Below are positions 1 through 12,194 of a DNA stretch of 64,000 bases, piece by piece. Numbering within the stretch: position 1 is the first letter of the stretch; each line of letters opens with the position of its first letter. Location of the stretch: positions 589,116 through 653,115 of the forward strand of contig MU008150.1 of the NCBI GenBank assembly GCA_010909165.1, in the 5' to 3' direction. Source of the stretch: Anthoceros angustus. Its lineage: Eukaryota; Plantae; Anthocerotophyta. The notes below the pieces were generated by a model. The model saw nothing but the letters and a program-made list of their open reading frames with translations, ran no database searches and was not told the DNA's origin. A program made the position numbers and the translations under genes.

Positions 1-3000
1 GGTGGAAGACCGAGAGCATCAAGGAGGTGAAGTGGAGGCTCTTCGCAAAGATTGTCTGGGGTTGGTAAATTACCAACACTTCTTATTTCACCAACTTCCT
101 CCAATTTTGTGGAAGATTTCCATAGAAAGCCGGATTGGGGACTATCATGTATGAAGCGTACATCCACCATCGAGAAGCTCCTCAAGCCAAATTCGGTGGA
201 TGAGGAAGGGACCATGCCTACCTATTTGGTGCATTTATGGGAAAGCAGAGGGACTCCTCACAAGCAAGGAGCTTGAAGATGCATGGCATCCTTTGAGGTC
301 ATCCATCTCCGGCCGAGTTGGAAAGGCCTTTGCCTTTTGCATTGCGGAAGGCGGTGGGAGGTCGGACCTCCACAAGCATGCTAGAAGCAAGAGGAGAAGG
401 TCGGAGGCAACAAAGTTGCGGAGTGGGAATCCTTTCCAGGAGCAAGCAAGAAGAGGGAAGGCCGAGGAAGGCCGAATGGTGGTCTATGAGAGAAGGACTA
501 CGGGAGGGTGGCCAAGGGTGGGGAGTCCCCACCATCTCCTTTGTGCCTCAGGGAGGCACCAGACTACCGGTGAGGCGGTCTACAGGGGTGGGGCTACCGT
601 GGTAGGCGATCGACCATGGTAGGTAGGCGGACTACCAGTGAGGCGACCTACCGCGGTGGAGGCACCCTCGCCGCAAGCGACCCTCGGTGGCGGGGAAGGA
701 GAAGCAAGCGAGGCGCGGCGCGCCGAAACCACCATCTCCGCGGGTGGGAGGCGGATGGAGCGGCAGTGAAGGGACCCGCATGGTCGAGAGAGGCTGGAAA
801 TTTCCAGCAGAAGGCGGAGGTGGAATTAGGACCCCTAGGAGAATTCTTTGGGTGCTTGTGAAGCACTCAGCGTGTTGAAGGGGCTAGGGACCTAGCAGCC
901 TCCTTGTGGGCATGCCAAGAGGAGTGAAAGCCCAAGACATGGCGGGAGGCGGGGACCAAGTGGCAATTGGAGGCCATGGAGTCCGATGAAAAGGCAGCCA
1001 AGTTGGAAAAGGCTGTGGAAGCTCCAGCGACCTCATGGAAAGGTCTGGAGGGAAGTTGTCCAAGAGAAGAAAGAGCCATTCGGGCAACCACCCAAAAGGA
1101 CTCATGGAGGCAAAGGCGGAGGAGCATTTTGCCCAATTAGAGCAAACGAAAGGGCAAAAGCAGGCTCTAGGAAGGAGAAGCGGCGACTCGGCCGGTGAGC
1201 GGTGATGGCTACTCAAGCCATCAAAATCCGGGACATGGGAAGAGTTGAGAAGGAGACAATTTGGTTTGGAAGAAGCACAAGACCAGCCTGAGGCTGAGCG
1301 AAAAGATGCTTGGCAAGAGAGGAGCTTGCCATTGAGACTTGGAAGGAAGGAGGTTCCGGAGGAGACAAGAAGGTGGTGCAGAATCTTGGTAGTGAGCGAT
1401 TTTGGGCGGACTATGCCCTTGAGCAAATTGGCCAGCCGGCTAAAGGCAAGGGAGGAGAATGTGACCCTCCATGTCAAGGTGGGGAATTGACCACCTCAGA
1501 CGCCTACAAGGTAGGTGTGAAGATGGAGTGGCCACGGAGTTGATGATCTCCAAATGCAATATCATACTTGGGGCTCACCTCACAATAGAATTTTGAAGGC
1601 CAACAATGAGATCTTACGTTTGGCCAAGAGGAGGACATTGGGTCCTCATGATGATGACGAAGGAGGAATAAAGCCTGCAGAGGCCCCGGGATTTTGATGA
1701 GGCCACCAAATGGCGACATGGACCCCGAGGAACTGGGAAGTCAAGATGGAGGAGAGATGCGCCAAGAGAGGGAGAGGGCGCGGAGAGTAAGGAGGGGGAC
1801 ACCACCACAGGGGTCACCACCACAGGACCACTATACCATGGTAGTCCGCCAGACTACCAGGGATGACCATTTCACGCCGGTAGTCTGCCAGACTACCGGG
1901 GTAGGGCAGGCCGGGCGAGAGCCTGAGGGGAGCCAGTCCCCGAGGCCCTGGTTGAGGATGGAGCCGGGGTCCGCAACACATCCCCGGAAGAAGGAGACCG
2001 AGGGGAGGGACAAGCTCCACCGGAGGAGAGCAAGGACGGGGTCCAACCCGTCGGAGGACAGGAAAGGGTGAGAAATTCCCTCACCCCGCGAATAAGGGAG
2101 GAATCGGGACCTGGGGAGGAGTCCAGCACGAAAAAGGCCCGGAGGAATTAGTAAGGACCAACATGGTTCGGTGAATGGGGATGAAGACTCTTTGAAGATG
2201 CTCTATGGTAGGTATGGACAAATCAAACAGAAGGCAAAGAGCAATGGAGATCTTGACCCAGGAAGCCCTCACCAATGCGAAGAGGGAAGAAGATGGAGGA
2301 GAAGAAAGCGAGATGGGGCCGACTAGAGGGTGGTCGATCACCTTTAGGACCCCGTAGTCCGCCGACTACCGGGTAGATCGATGAAAGCGCCGTGGAGGCC
2401 GGAAAGAAGGGCGTGAGCGCTGAAGGCGCAAGGAGTAGGTCAAGAGACTAGGTATGGTCAAAGACCATAAATGTTGAGTAGAAGAATAGGAAGGATAGGT
2501 GAGATAGACTGACATCCTTCAAGGATGATCTTAGGTGAAGTTGTTAGAATAGAATTTACCCAGAATCAGACAGTAGGCTAGATGCCAGGCCTTAAATACT
2601 GGCGGTAGAAAATAATAAAATATTGGAAAAGGTGACCTGCAGTAGGGTGACCCAAGGGAGGTTGTATGTGGAAGGCCTCCTATAAGAGGAGGAGGATTTC
2701 ACAAAGTAAAGTATCATGTCTTGCCCATACTCAATTCCATATTCGCGAGCCAACGCAGATCCGTAGAGAGGAAGTCAGGCGGAGTGCTTGGTGGAGGACT
2801 TGCTCCTTGCAAGGGCCTAAACAAGTTGCTTGTGAATGGTTGCTGAACTTGCTTTACCGTGTGTGGCAATGCCTGGAACCCTGGCCGAGAACAAGATGAC
2901 CGGACTCCCCGGAGATACCGATTGTCAAGCTCATAGCAACCGACCCAAGGAAGAACTTGCTGGTGGAGGACGTCCCCAGGCAGTTGTGCCGTAAGGGTGA

Positions 3001-3380
3001 GCCAAAACCAGTAGGCCTAAACTGAGGTTAGGAGGAGGAAAGGATGAGGAGAGTGGCAGGATTAGAAGTGGTGTTAGTGAAGGCCACAAAAGCCTAAGGG
3101 ATGAATCCCAAATGCAAGTAAAGAGGATGCTCCCCAGTGGAGAAGAGTGGTCTTAGAAGTAGGGACGAAATTGCGGCGCTGATCGGGGTCCCTGGCGCCT
3201 GGAGATAGCTCCTCTCATAAGGTGCGAACTGTGACGCAGTAGCTGTAGGCTCCAGATTGAGGTCTTTCTGAGTGCTGGCAAGCGTGCAATAAGAGGGTGA
3301 GCAGAGGCGATTTTGCTCGTTTAGAAGGCTGAGAAGTTGTGTCTCTGCAGGTAGCGATCGGTTATCACAAGACTTCGAAT
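1..3380. mobile_element. Degenerate transposon-derived region, probably LTR-retrotransposon accessory ORF plus LTR-like sequence; type unresolved
   Basis: Purine-rich, stop-riddled, charged coiled-coil-like frames on + (e.g. KKVVQNLGSERFWADYALEQIG near 1370-1430); recurring GGTAGTC-loop-GACTACC motifs; no intron structure or host-gene motif seen. Confidence 0.4.
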
Positions 3381-4310
3381 TTTCACACGAGTCTCATGGG
3401 ACGAAACCCAACATACGAAGCGACAGTGGGATAAGTGTGGCCGCTAGGGGGGGAAAGCTTCGGAAGCCCCGGGGTTTTCGCCACCACACTGTGTCTTCTC
3501 TTCGCTAGCAGATGACTCTCACATTTTCGGGCCGAGGAACAAGGTCAAAGAGGCCTTCGAACTCTCCTCTCATGGGCTTTCTTTGGTGGGCTTGAAGGTC
3601 AAGCTGCAAATGCTGTATCTGGTCTCCATTGGGGATCCCCTTACTTTGTGATTCCCAACAGGGGGGATTGCTTCGACACCGGCTTGCGGACTTTGAGGGT
3701 TCCCTTCAGTTCCCCTGACTTCATAAGGAGCTTCCTCGACCATGCTCTTGTGGAACACCTCTCCCACATCGAGGACCTCCCTTTGATGGGGGAAGCATAG
3801 GTGGCCTTTAGTATACTTTCCTCTTGTTGTGCTAGGCGCCCTAGTTACCTCATCCGTACATTGCCCCCATCTCCAGTTCTTCTATCCCTGCTGCAGGGGT
3901 TTAATAGGAAGATCATAGACACTCTTAGTAACATCATGGGCCCCAGGGCTTTTGAGTGCCCTGCAAGCGATCTTGCCCGCTGGCAAGCATCCATGCTAGT
4001 GCAATTTGGAGGAGTAGGTCTACTGTCGCTGGAGGTATCTTCCCGGTAGCATTCTTGGGTAGCTGGGCTCTCTCCGCCGTTGCTTTGGCCTACCGCTTCA
4101 ACCTCCAAGACAGGCCCTTTCTAGAGGATTTTGTATCAGGATTGGATGAGGGAACTTTCCCTCTCTAAAAATCCCTGAGGCTGGCCAGGATATGTTATCG
4201 GCTGATGCGCAGTTTGACTTCCTTCCCTTCAAGACATTCATCACCGATGGTTTTAAGTTCTGCATCCGTGCTTAAGAAGTAGCAGTTAGGCCTTCCACCG
4301 TCTCAAGGAC
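3380..4310 (+). mobile_element. CRE-clade-like non-LTR retrotransposon reverse transcriptase fragment (decayed)
   Basis: Across frameshifts reads PLGG, HCVFSSLADDSHIFGP (catalytic ADD), ARRPSYLIRTLPP, LARWQASMLVQFGGVGLLSLE and AFLGSWALSAVALAYRF, the RT and post-RT signature I recall for CRE/SLACS-type elements; truncated at the N at 4311. Confidence 0.72.
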
Positions 4311-4311
4311 N
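4311..4311. other. Single N, probable assembly join
   Basis: Only ambiguous base noticed; the RT-like coding signal stops here and the sequence becomes abruptly AT-rich. Confidence 0.9.
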
Positions 4312-7050
4312 ATACTTGTGCAATCATTTCCATAGTTTTGTTTGAAGCGTAACTTGTAGTTTCGTTGTTTCTAGCTCAATGCAATTGTGATTCAAGCGAT
4401 CTTTTAGATCAAAAACACTTTTATTTATTTTACTATTTTTATTTGCTAGTGACGAAATCTTTGGTTCACGCCTTAGCAATTGTGTAAAAGGAGTTATTAT
4501 CGTTATGCTATTTCCATTAGTGATGTTGTACACTCTATTTTGTACGATCGTAGATGTTTTAAGTTGACTAACCAAAGTTCAGGTCAGTTTGTTGTGTAGT
4601 TAGGTTGATGTTTTCTCTCAATGTCTAGTGTGTGTTAAAAAGATCTTTGCAGAGTCGGATAAGTTCTCTGCTAGACAAATTAAAGAAAGCGGGAAGGAAG
4701 ACATTGACAATGTATAGGTTAAGCTAACTTGTCGCCGACTCTCCTTACCCCTTCCCGGATTTTTTGATCCTCAACTTTCATATCTTCTAACAGGTTTAGA
4801 ATGGCTTTCTTCATTTTCTTGTAAGTTCTTTCATTTGCATTTTCTTTTGTTGTAAGTGCAATACTTTCGTGTACTATACCTCATTCTTATTGATTTTTTA
4901 TATTTGCAAATGGTCCCGAAAAGCCCTGGGCCTATTGAACCCGGGAAGAAGAGAATTCATATTTCTGAGGTGATGGTGAACCCCTTTACAAGGCAACGCG
5001 TGAAGTCAGTTTTTCTTCACGGTGACACACTTTTTTGATGACAACATTGATCGTATTTTTATCATAGTAAAGAAATATCATTGGCATTTTGGTACCAAAG
5101 AAGATGCATGCAAAGCCATCGAGGCATTTCTCATCCAAGCGGTGCACGGCATGATGAGTTTGTCATGAGGAGGAAGAGGAAAATACCCGGCCTGCGCCTT
5201 TGGTTGAAGACCCTTTGACTACCATCACTAATTATAATTATGTCCCTGCTTTTTTAGAGGGTTGATATTGTAGTTCAAAAGAAGTATCAAATCACTAATG
5301 ATCCTATGGTTCTTAATGCTACAAAGACCTGCCTCTAGACTAAAAATGTTTGTGGGTGGTTGCTTGCGGTGCTATAAGATCATTGTGCACACGTTCCTCA
5401 TGTTTTACATGGTGAGTTTTTTTTTTTTTTTTTTTTTCTGCCTAATCTCAAGTCACACTTAATCGAATGCTTGGATATGTTAAAGAGGGAGGTATGTGGA
5501 TCCTCATGACGATTTTGCATGGGTATGGAGGAAATCAAGATGAGACCCAATTTGAGGAGGAGGGATTAGATCCCTTTGTCCCTACGTGCTATGGATGATA
5601 CTATGGCATTAAGGTTAAGTCTAAGCGTGTAAAAACTGGTGTCTTAGTTGTCTCTAAACTTTTATGAAAGTCGGTGATGTAAGGAATTGGGATAGAAATA
5701 TTGAGGATATCGCGAATATGACTAGAGTTATTCGATATTTTCGCCGTTATTAAACAATCAACCTCATTCTCTATTTTTGTACAAAGTGCGAAGCTTGAAT
5801 GACAACTTGAGGTTTTCCCCTCGTAAGTGGTTTTCTTCTGAACCTTTAGCCATAATTTCCTTCTTGATTTCAATTTTGAACTTTTACGAGGTTGATATAC
5901 TTACTGTCTAGCATCCTACAAGCGTCTAAGGTATGTTTTGGAGCAAAGCCGTCTTGGGATTGATGTACCGGTCACCAATATGTTCCACAAGATGTTCCAT
6001 GGGGCTCAATACCTTGGTTGCTTCTATGGTAGCAAGGATCCATAGGATAACAAGTGTTTAGGATAAGTGCGAGAAACAATTTCCTTCAAATTATATTACC
6101 GAGTTAAAAGTCAAAAGTCTAATTTCTCGCTACTCGAAATGCATATATGGCAATATAAACTTATGAACCCATGAAAGCATTTCAATATATGCATCCTCGT
6201 GAATGTGGATACAGGAGTTGCAAAAGAAAAGGTTTTGCAGCGTACCTAATAAAGGTATGAAGAAGGTTTTGCAACATACCTAATAAAAAGTTTTGAAGCA
6301 TACCTAATAAAGAAATTGAATGTGATTTAAGGACCCTGTGTTGAGGTTTAGTATGCCAGCCCATGAAAAACTGAAGTAAAGGAAGTTTAGTTTCCTAAAC
6401 ACTCGTACCACCAGACATAATAGTATTCCAACCAATGTTAACTTAATTTCGTGGTAATTATAAGTTTTTCTTTTTAAATTCCATTTTGCATCTAAGCAAG
6501 GAGTAACCCAGATGTCTTAGTTGAGATCACAGACCTCCTTGATTTCTATCTCCACTTGTGCATGTCTCATCTATCTTTGGGTTCCATGTAACTCGAACCC
6601 AGTGCGATATTCTCAGAGCCTTTCTTCCGGGTTACATATTAACGTTTCAGCATCCGCACCCATAACGCCCGTAATATTTGACACTTGCGAATAGAAAATC
6701 GGCTCCTACCAGTTGACTAAAAACGGGGTGGCCAAGGCCTGTTCGCGCTCACCACACAGTGGCACGCATTCATGACCACTCATGTTGGACTTCTCTGAAA
6801 ACTTTTGTCAGATCACTTACGCAGGTCACGATAAAAGAAGTAGTAACTAAACTCGACTTTAAAGTTATCTCGCACCATCGAAAGAAAAAATGGCCTACAT
6901 GATGCATCACCTATGAGAAAGATTGCCACTTGCCCTTTGGAGGGCAATGGATGCCAGCTTGGTAGTAGTGGTTGTTCGGTGTTGTTCCTAATCCGATATT
7001 GATTATTATAAAATATATAAAAGTATAATATTAATACATATTGTAAGAAG
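4312..7050. other. AT-rich intergenic, probably transposon-derived
   Basis: No recognisable protein; short local repeats (TACCTAATAAA x3 at about 6243-6311) and a long T-run near 5415-5437. Confidence 0.3.
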
Positions 7051-7539
7051 TGATGGCAAACGCATCCTTCCTCCTTGTAGTGGTATCAATTGTTCCTCAC
7101 GAATACATCTGGTCATTTTGTGTTATCCACGGCGGCCGTAGCGGCCCCTTTCCGGAACTATCCCAACAGTTCATTGCTAAGGATTTCGCTTTTATTGCAT
7201 TATTTCCCGTTTGGCTATCTTGGATAGGAAGAAGACGCGAAGACGGAAGACCTTTATGTAACACACGCGAGTCCGGAAGTATTCACAAAGCGCATAGCGC
7301 GGGGTCGGGTTAGATGCCATCCCAGGGGCATGCGGTTTGGAGCTGGAAGATGCTTGAGGCTGAGGCTCAGGCATGGGCATATACCCGACCTCTTGCACAC
7401 CATCGAGGTTACCGTCCACCCAAAACCAGGAATTGGAAGGCCGCAGTCGCAGTCTCCTTGCAGGCTGCGGCAGGGGTGGCGAACTCCACGGCCGGCCCCC
7501 AGACACAACGCAACGTCCATGAGCTTGGCAGGAACAGCA

Positions 7540-8640
7540 TCATATGCGGTACTCGAAAAGCAGCTCAGACTGGGAGTCGCCAGGAGGTGAGAAATCTTGC
7601 ACACTTCTGAATGCAGCCTGCAGGTAGGCCTCGTAGTCGAAGTCGGACGGGAAACCAACCACTGCGCCCGAGTTACCAACACCCATGGCGGAGGAGGAGC
7701 CGTCGTTGATCGGGCAGACCGGGAGGCCGCTGTCCCAGAGGCTCCCGCACGGGTTCACGCTCTGGTCGATGAAGAAGGGCTCCTGCAGCTGCGCTGCAGC
7801 AGCACAACAGCTGTCCTGCAAAAAACCCTCCCACGGAAACTGCAGATCAGACATCGTCGTGCATGTCCGACACGTACATGTACAAGAGTGGATCGACCAA
7901 GATGAAAACCTGGTCCAGGCCCCCACCTGCAGGGAACGAGCAGGCGGGAGGAGCCCAAAGAAACGGCGTCTGCCCAGGACGGCACCGCTGGAGCAGCGCT
8001 GGTACGCAGCTGCCGGCAGCCCACGTCCAGCCCGCCATTGGCACTGCGGAAGTCTTGCGGCATCGGCCGCACGGCGCCTGCGGCGTCAGGCACCGGCCCG
8101 CCTGCAGCACGCTGTCCGGGCTCCGCAGCGTGGGCGGCGCCAGCTGCTTGCACTCTGCCCCGAACCCACAAGGAACGTCCGAACTTCCTCGACGATGGTG
8201 ACGGTCATGACTCTCCTCCCGATCATCCGCCATCTTCAACAATGGAGTCGTAGCAGGCAGTGATGCCACATCCGTCTCCATCTTCACTCCCACGGTCGGG
8301 CTCAAGCCCGAGCTCCTCCGCAACCTCTGCTTCGGGGCCTGCTCCTGGGCTGCAGGTGCCTCGTCTTCCGCAACCCCGTCAGCCGCTGCACCACCTCCCT
8401 GAAATTCTCCGGCTCCGTCTCTACCACTCTCGGAGAATCGCTCCGGATCACCAGATTCACCGCCCCGGGAACCCGGTACCTCGGCTTGCAGTCCGCCATG
8501 TGCAGAGTCACGCAGTTTTGAGTCGCAAGAATCGCTGGATTCGTTTGAGTCGCTCGAGTCGCGTGAGACGCACGAGTCGCGAAACTCGCACGCCTCGGCT
8601 CCCGCGCCATCCTCACATCTTGGCCTTCTTCCCAATCCAT
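7540..8640 (-). CDS. VQ-motif protein (frameshifted in this assembly; 3' end may extend to about 7190)
   Basis: PRVVETEPENFREVVQRLTG = FxxxVQxLTG motif near 8385-8445; ATG at 8640 (or 8499); low-complexity C-terminal region continues across frames. Confidence 0.75.
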
Positions 8641-9360
8641 CGACGGGCGCCCTGCTTCCCGACGCCGTCTTCCTCCGTCTCGGGACGGCCTCAGCTTCGG
8701 CTGCGAGGAGGAGGGAAGAGAGGACCATCCTCTGCTGTGTGCAGACCTCCTTCCCGCATTGCGGGCGTGCACAGGCGGCGCTTCCTGTTAAGACCTTGGC
8801 AGCTTCTGTCGGGAACCGACGGATGCCAGTGACGTCAACACAGGGCCCGCAGGCAGAGTCCGGATCGTGAGTGTCGGGATCGTTGCAGCGTGGACGTGGC
8901 AATTTCTGCTCAGATCTGTGAGGGACAAGACTCTGCCTGGGGAAGCTTGCATCCTGGGCGGGGGGAGAGATTTCAGGGCCGGGAGTGGGATCTGGGGATG
9001 TTTGAGCCGGGGGCGTCGGATCTGACCTCCAGAGCGGGCTTGTCGTCGCGTCTCAGAGCCCGCGGGAGCTCCGGGAGCCTGCTGTGGCCAGTCTCAAAGT
9101 CCTCGTGGGCTGACAGACATAGTAAGTCTATCGGGTCCGTCTTGCACACGACGCACGAGCACCGCCCTGACGACATGTCCCCGGGCTGAGTAGGGCTGAG
9201 CAGAGCTTGTTCACTGGGTGTACCGCCCCTGGGTTGCGGGATGAGATCTCGCACATGGGGCTTGAAAGCACGAAATTCCAGGTACGGGGAGCAGGAATTC
9301 GGCTCGTGCCGAGAACAATGGCCGTTTCTGCTACGTGGAGGCCTGTCGACACTCTGCTTT

Positions 9361-12040
9361 TCAGATGGAACTGGTAGAGCACAGTACACCGCTGAGGCTC
9401 ACTGCCCGAGCTTCAAGGATTTTCACATCCACTATGCTGCCTATCAGATCCGGTCCTCCCTCTAGGAACACCAGGCGGTTGGCGTTTGTTCGACCCATCA
9501 CCTGCAGGCGTGGCAGTATACAGGTTCAGTACTCTTGTGGTCTTGGTTTCGAGCTTTCTTGCATTTTTGATGTGATGTGGAATGTGAGGAGGGAAGGGAA
9601 ATGGTGGTAAACCTGGTGATCGTGTCCTGGTTTGGTGTTGGGTCCTTCTACGAGCACTTTCTCCAGTCGACCGATGTATCTTCGGCTTCGTTCCAGGGAG
9701 TGCTCCAGTTGAAGGCTGCACGTGAATAGTGGTGGTGAGAGAGGCACATGGAGGAGCAGCAGAAATGAGATGTTGGGTGAGGAGGAAGACCTGTTGATGC
9801 GGTGGAGCCGATCCATCTTGATGAGCTCAGCTACCTGAGAGGGAATCGTGGGCAATGCTGTCATGCGGGAGACTTGGAATGGAAGATATATTGGGTGATG
9901 TGTGAAATGTGGAAGAGAAGCTTCAACCTGATTGTCCCAGAGAGCTGCTGGGGTCCCAGGTCGTGGAGAGTACGCTGCAGTGTTTACTTGGTCGAACCTG
10001 ACCTCTGCAGATGTGAGGCATCATGTGTGAGGGAAGAAGTGGACATGGGTGTTTGGAGTACAGGATGGAGGCAGTCTCTACCCACCGTTCATGACCTTGA
10101 GTGTGTTGAGAAACTGCTCCTCTGTTTCACCTGTTGCCACATGGTTTTTTCTGTTCAGAAAAGATGAGCTTTGAAGCTTCAAACCAGTGGCATCCTTTCT
10201 TGTGGCAGAAAGGAATCCTTACCAGGGAAGCCTACGATGACATCCGCGCTGATGGAGCAATCGGGCATGTATTCCCGCACTTTCCTGATGATGTCTAGGT
10301 ATCTCTCTGCAGTGTATCCTCGCCGCATAGCCTGTGCCGAGGCCGATGCCACTGATGGTTCAGGTCAGAAGAGGGAAGCGAACACACTTCAGAATGAGAA
10401 GCTATGAAGGAATACCTTGAGAATGTCATTATCCCCTGATTGATATGGAATGTGGAAATACTTGCAGACCTTGGGCAGCTCGGCACAGACCTTGATGAGT
10501 CGTTCTGTGAAGTACCGTGGCTGCAGGGGACCAGACGAAGGGATTGTGAGCGTAAGAAGCAGGCATTTCCAGAAAGCCAGCCAGCCTGCTCAGATGCTTT
10601 CTGCTTACATGCGATGTTGCAAATCGAATCCTCTCTATGCCAGGGACGTCATGGACGTACTTCAATAGGTCAGCCAGAGTCCACAGCCTACGGCCAGATC
10701 CATCAGCTGCAAACCCAGGAAGATCGCGCCCATAAGCATCTATATTCTGTCCCAAAGAGTCACCTCTTTATACCTGGCATGTTGAGCCAACAAGTGCTTG
10801 TATCAGCAGCATCCAAATCGTCACAAGTTCTGGATGAAGTTGCTCTGTTGTCTACACTTACCCAGCAGCTCCGAGGGCAACCATCTCCTTCCTAATTGCT
10901 TCAGGCTCCCGAGACTGCTCCTTGCCACGAACTCCAGGAACGACACAATATGTACAGTGCTCATTACAGCCTGTTGCATGCAACATCAAACAATTGATGT
11001 CCAGATGTTCAGAAGATGAATAAGATGACCACACATGCAATGCATCACACAGTGAAAAGAGACTCACAGAAACTGACCATAAATCACGTTCACCCATGCA
11101 GTTATAGTTGAGCTCCTGCGCACAGATCAGACCCTTCCACATGTCAGAAAACTGAGACATATACAACAGCTTTGCTGCAAAGAAAAGGAAGAAGCTGGAC
11201 CTGCGAGGCTTTGTGATATCTTCCATGATATACATAGGCTCAGTTGCACAAACTTGACTCCCTGATCCACCTGCTCCACCATTCTCACATAACAACCATC
11301 ACACATCCTCCCACATCTCAACACTGCACCAGAAGCAAAGACGACCCTCACCTGATCCAGCAGCTCCTGAAGCCGGCCTACATGCTGCGGGCCCATCACC
11401 AAATCCACTTCAGGCACTCTCCGCAGCAATGCTTCACCTTCCTGCTGGGCCACATCCAGCAACCACAATCTTCATGCTGGGGTTGGCCTCTTCCTCGCCT
11501 TCTGGACACCAAGAGCAGAATACACCTGACACACCAACCTGGCCCCAGTCAGTGCCAGCATTGCCACATTCCCACCATCGCCATTCCTGCCGACAAAATG
11601 CCCTCCTATCACCCAACAATTCCCATCCAGCCATCGTCCCTTGCAGCTCATACCACACATTCCCTGACGATCCTACTGTACCTTCTGCTCGGACCTGTCC
11701 CGAATGCTGCAGGTATTGAGGATGAAGAGCGAGGCGTCCTCGGGGCTGGCAGCAGGCGCATACCCATTTGCACAAAGCACTCCTCCATCCGCTCCGAGTC
11801 CGCCACGTTCATCTGGCACCCCATAGTCGCAATGTGGTAGAGCCGAGGCCCAGCCTGCTCCACCGCATCGCCATCTCGCCGGCTCGGCTCCGCCGCCACC
11901 GAGCCCGCAAGAGCGCAGGATTGAACACAGCTCTGCTGCTGCCTCTTCCGCTGCCCCAGGGGAAGGGAGGCGAGCCTGTTTCTCCCGCCATGCAGAAATG
12001 CGCGTTCCTGCAACGCCGGGGCCGCCATCGCTGCCATCAT
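9361..12040 (-). CDS. miaB: tRNA-2-methylthio-N6-dimethylallyladenosine synthase, cyanobacterial/plastid type, multi-exon
   Basis: Transit-like N-terminus, [18 protein letters not shown] (UPF0004), [23 protein letters not shown], radical-SAM [22 protein letters not shown]...[19 protein letters not shown] domain [10 protein letters not shown]...[13 protein letters not shown], stop at 9361. Confidence 0.93.
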
Positions 12041-12194
12041 CGTTCTACCCTCCCCTGTCGTTTTCCCTGACGGTTCCCGCCCGACAGAACTAGTCACAAC
12101 AGATTCGGAGAAGCTAGCGATCCTCGATTCTTCGCAAGTCGGATTGGGCTATGTAGATTGTGTGTCCGATTTGTGCCCCGATTTGCTCGCACCC

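Noticed and set aside
6930-6947. TTGCCCT-TTGG-AGGGCAA hairpin as a Helitron 3' end
   Set aside because: No CTRR terminus at the expected distance on either strand.
7847-8902. 351-aa ORF as a single real protein
   Set aside because: Only its middle shares the frame of the VQ protein; the VQ motif itself is in another frame.
9295-9312. GAATTCGGCTCGTGCCGA resembling an EcoRI cDNA adaptor
   Set aside because: Partial match in genomic context with no other vector sequence; probably chance.
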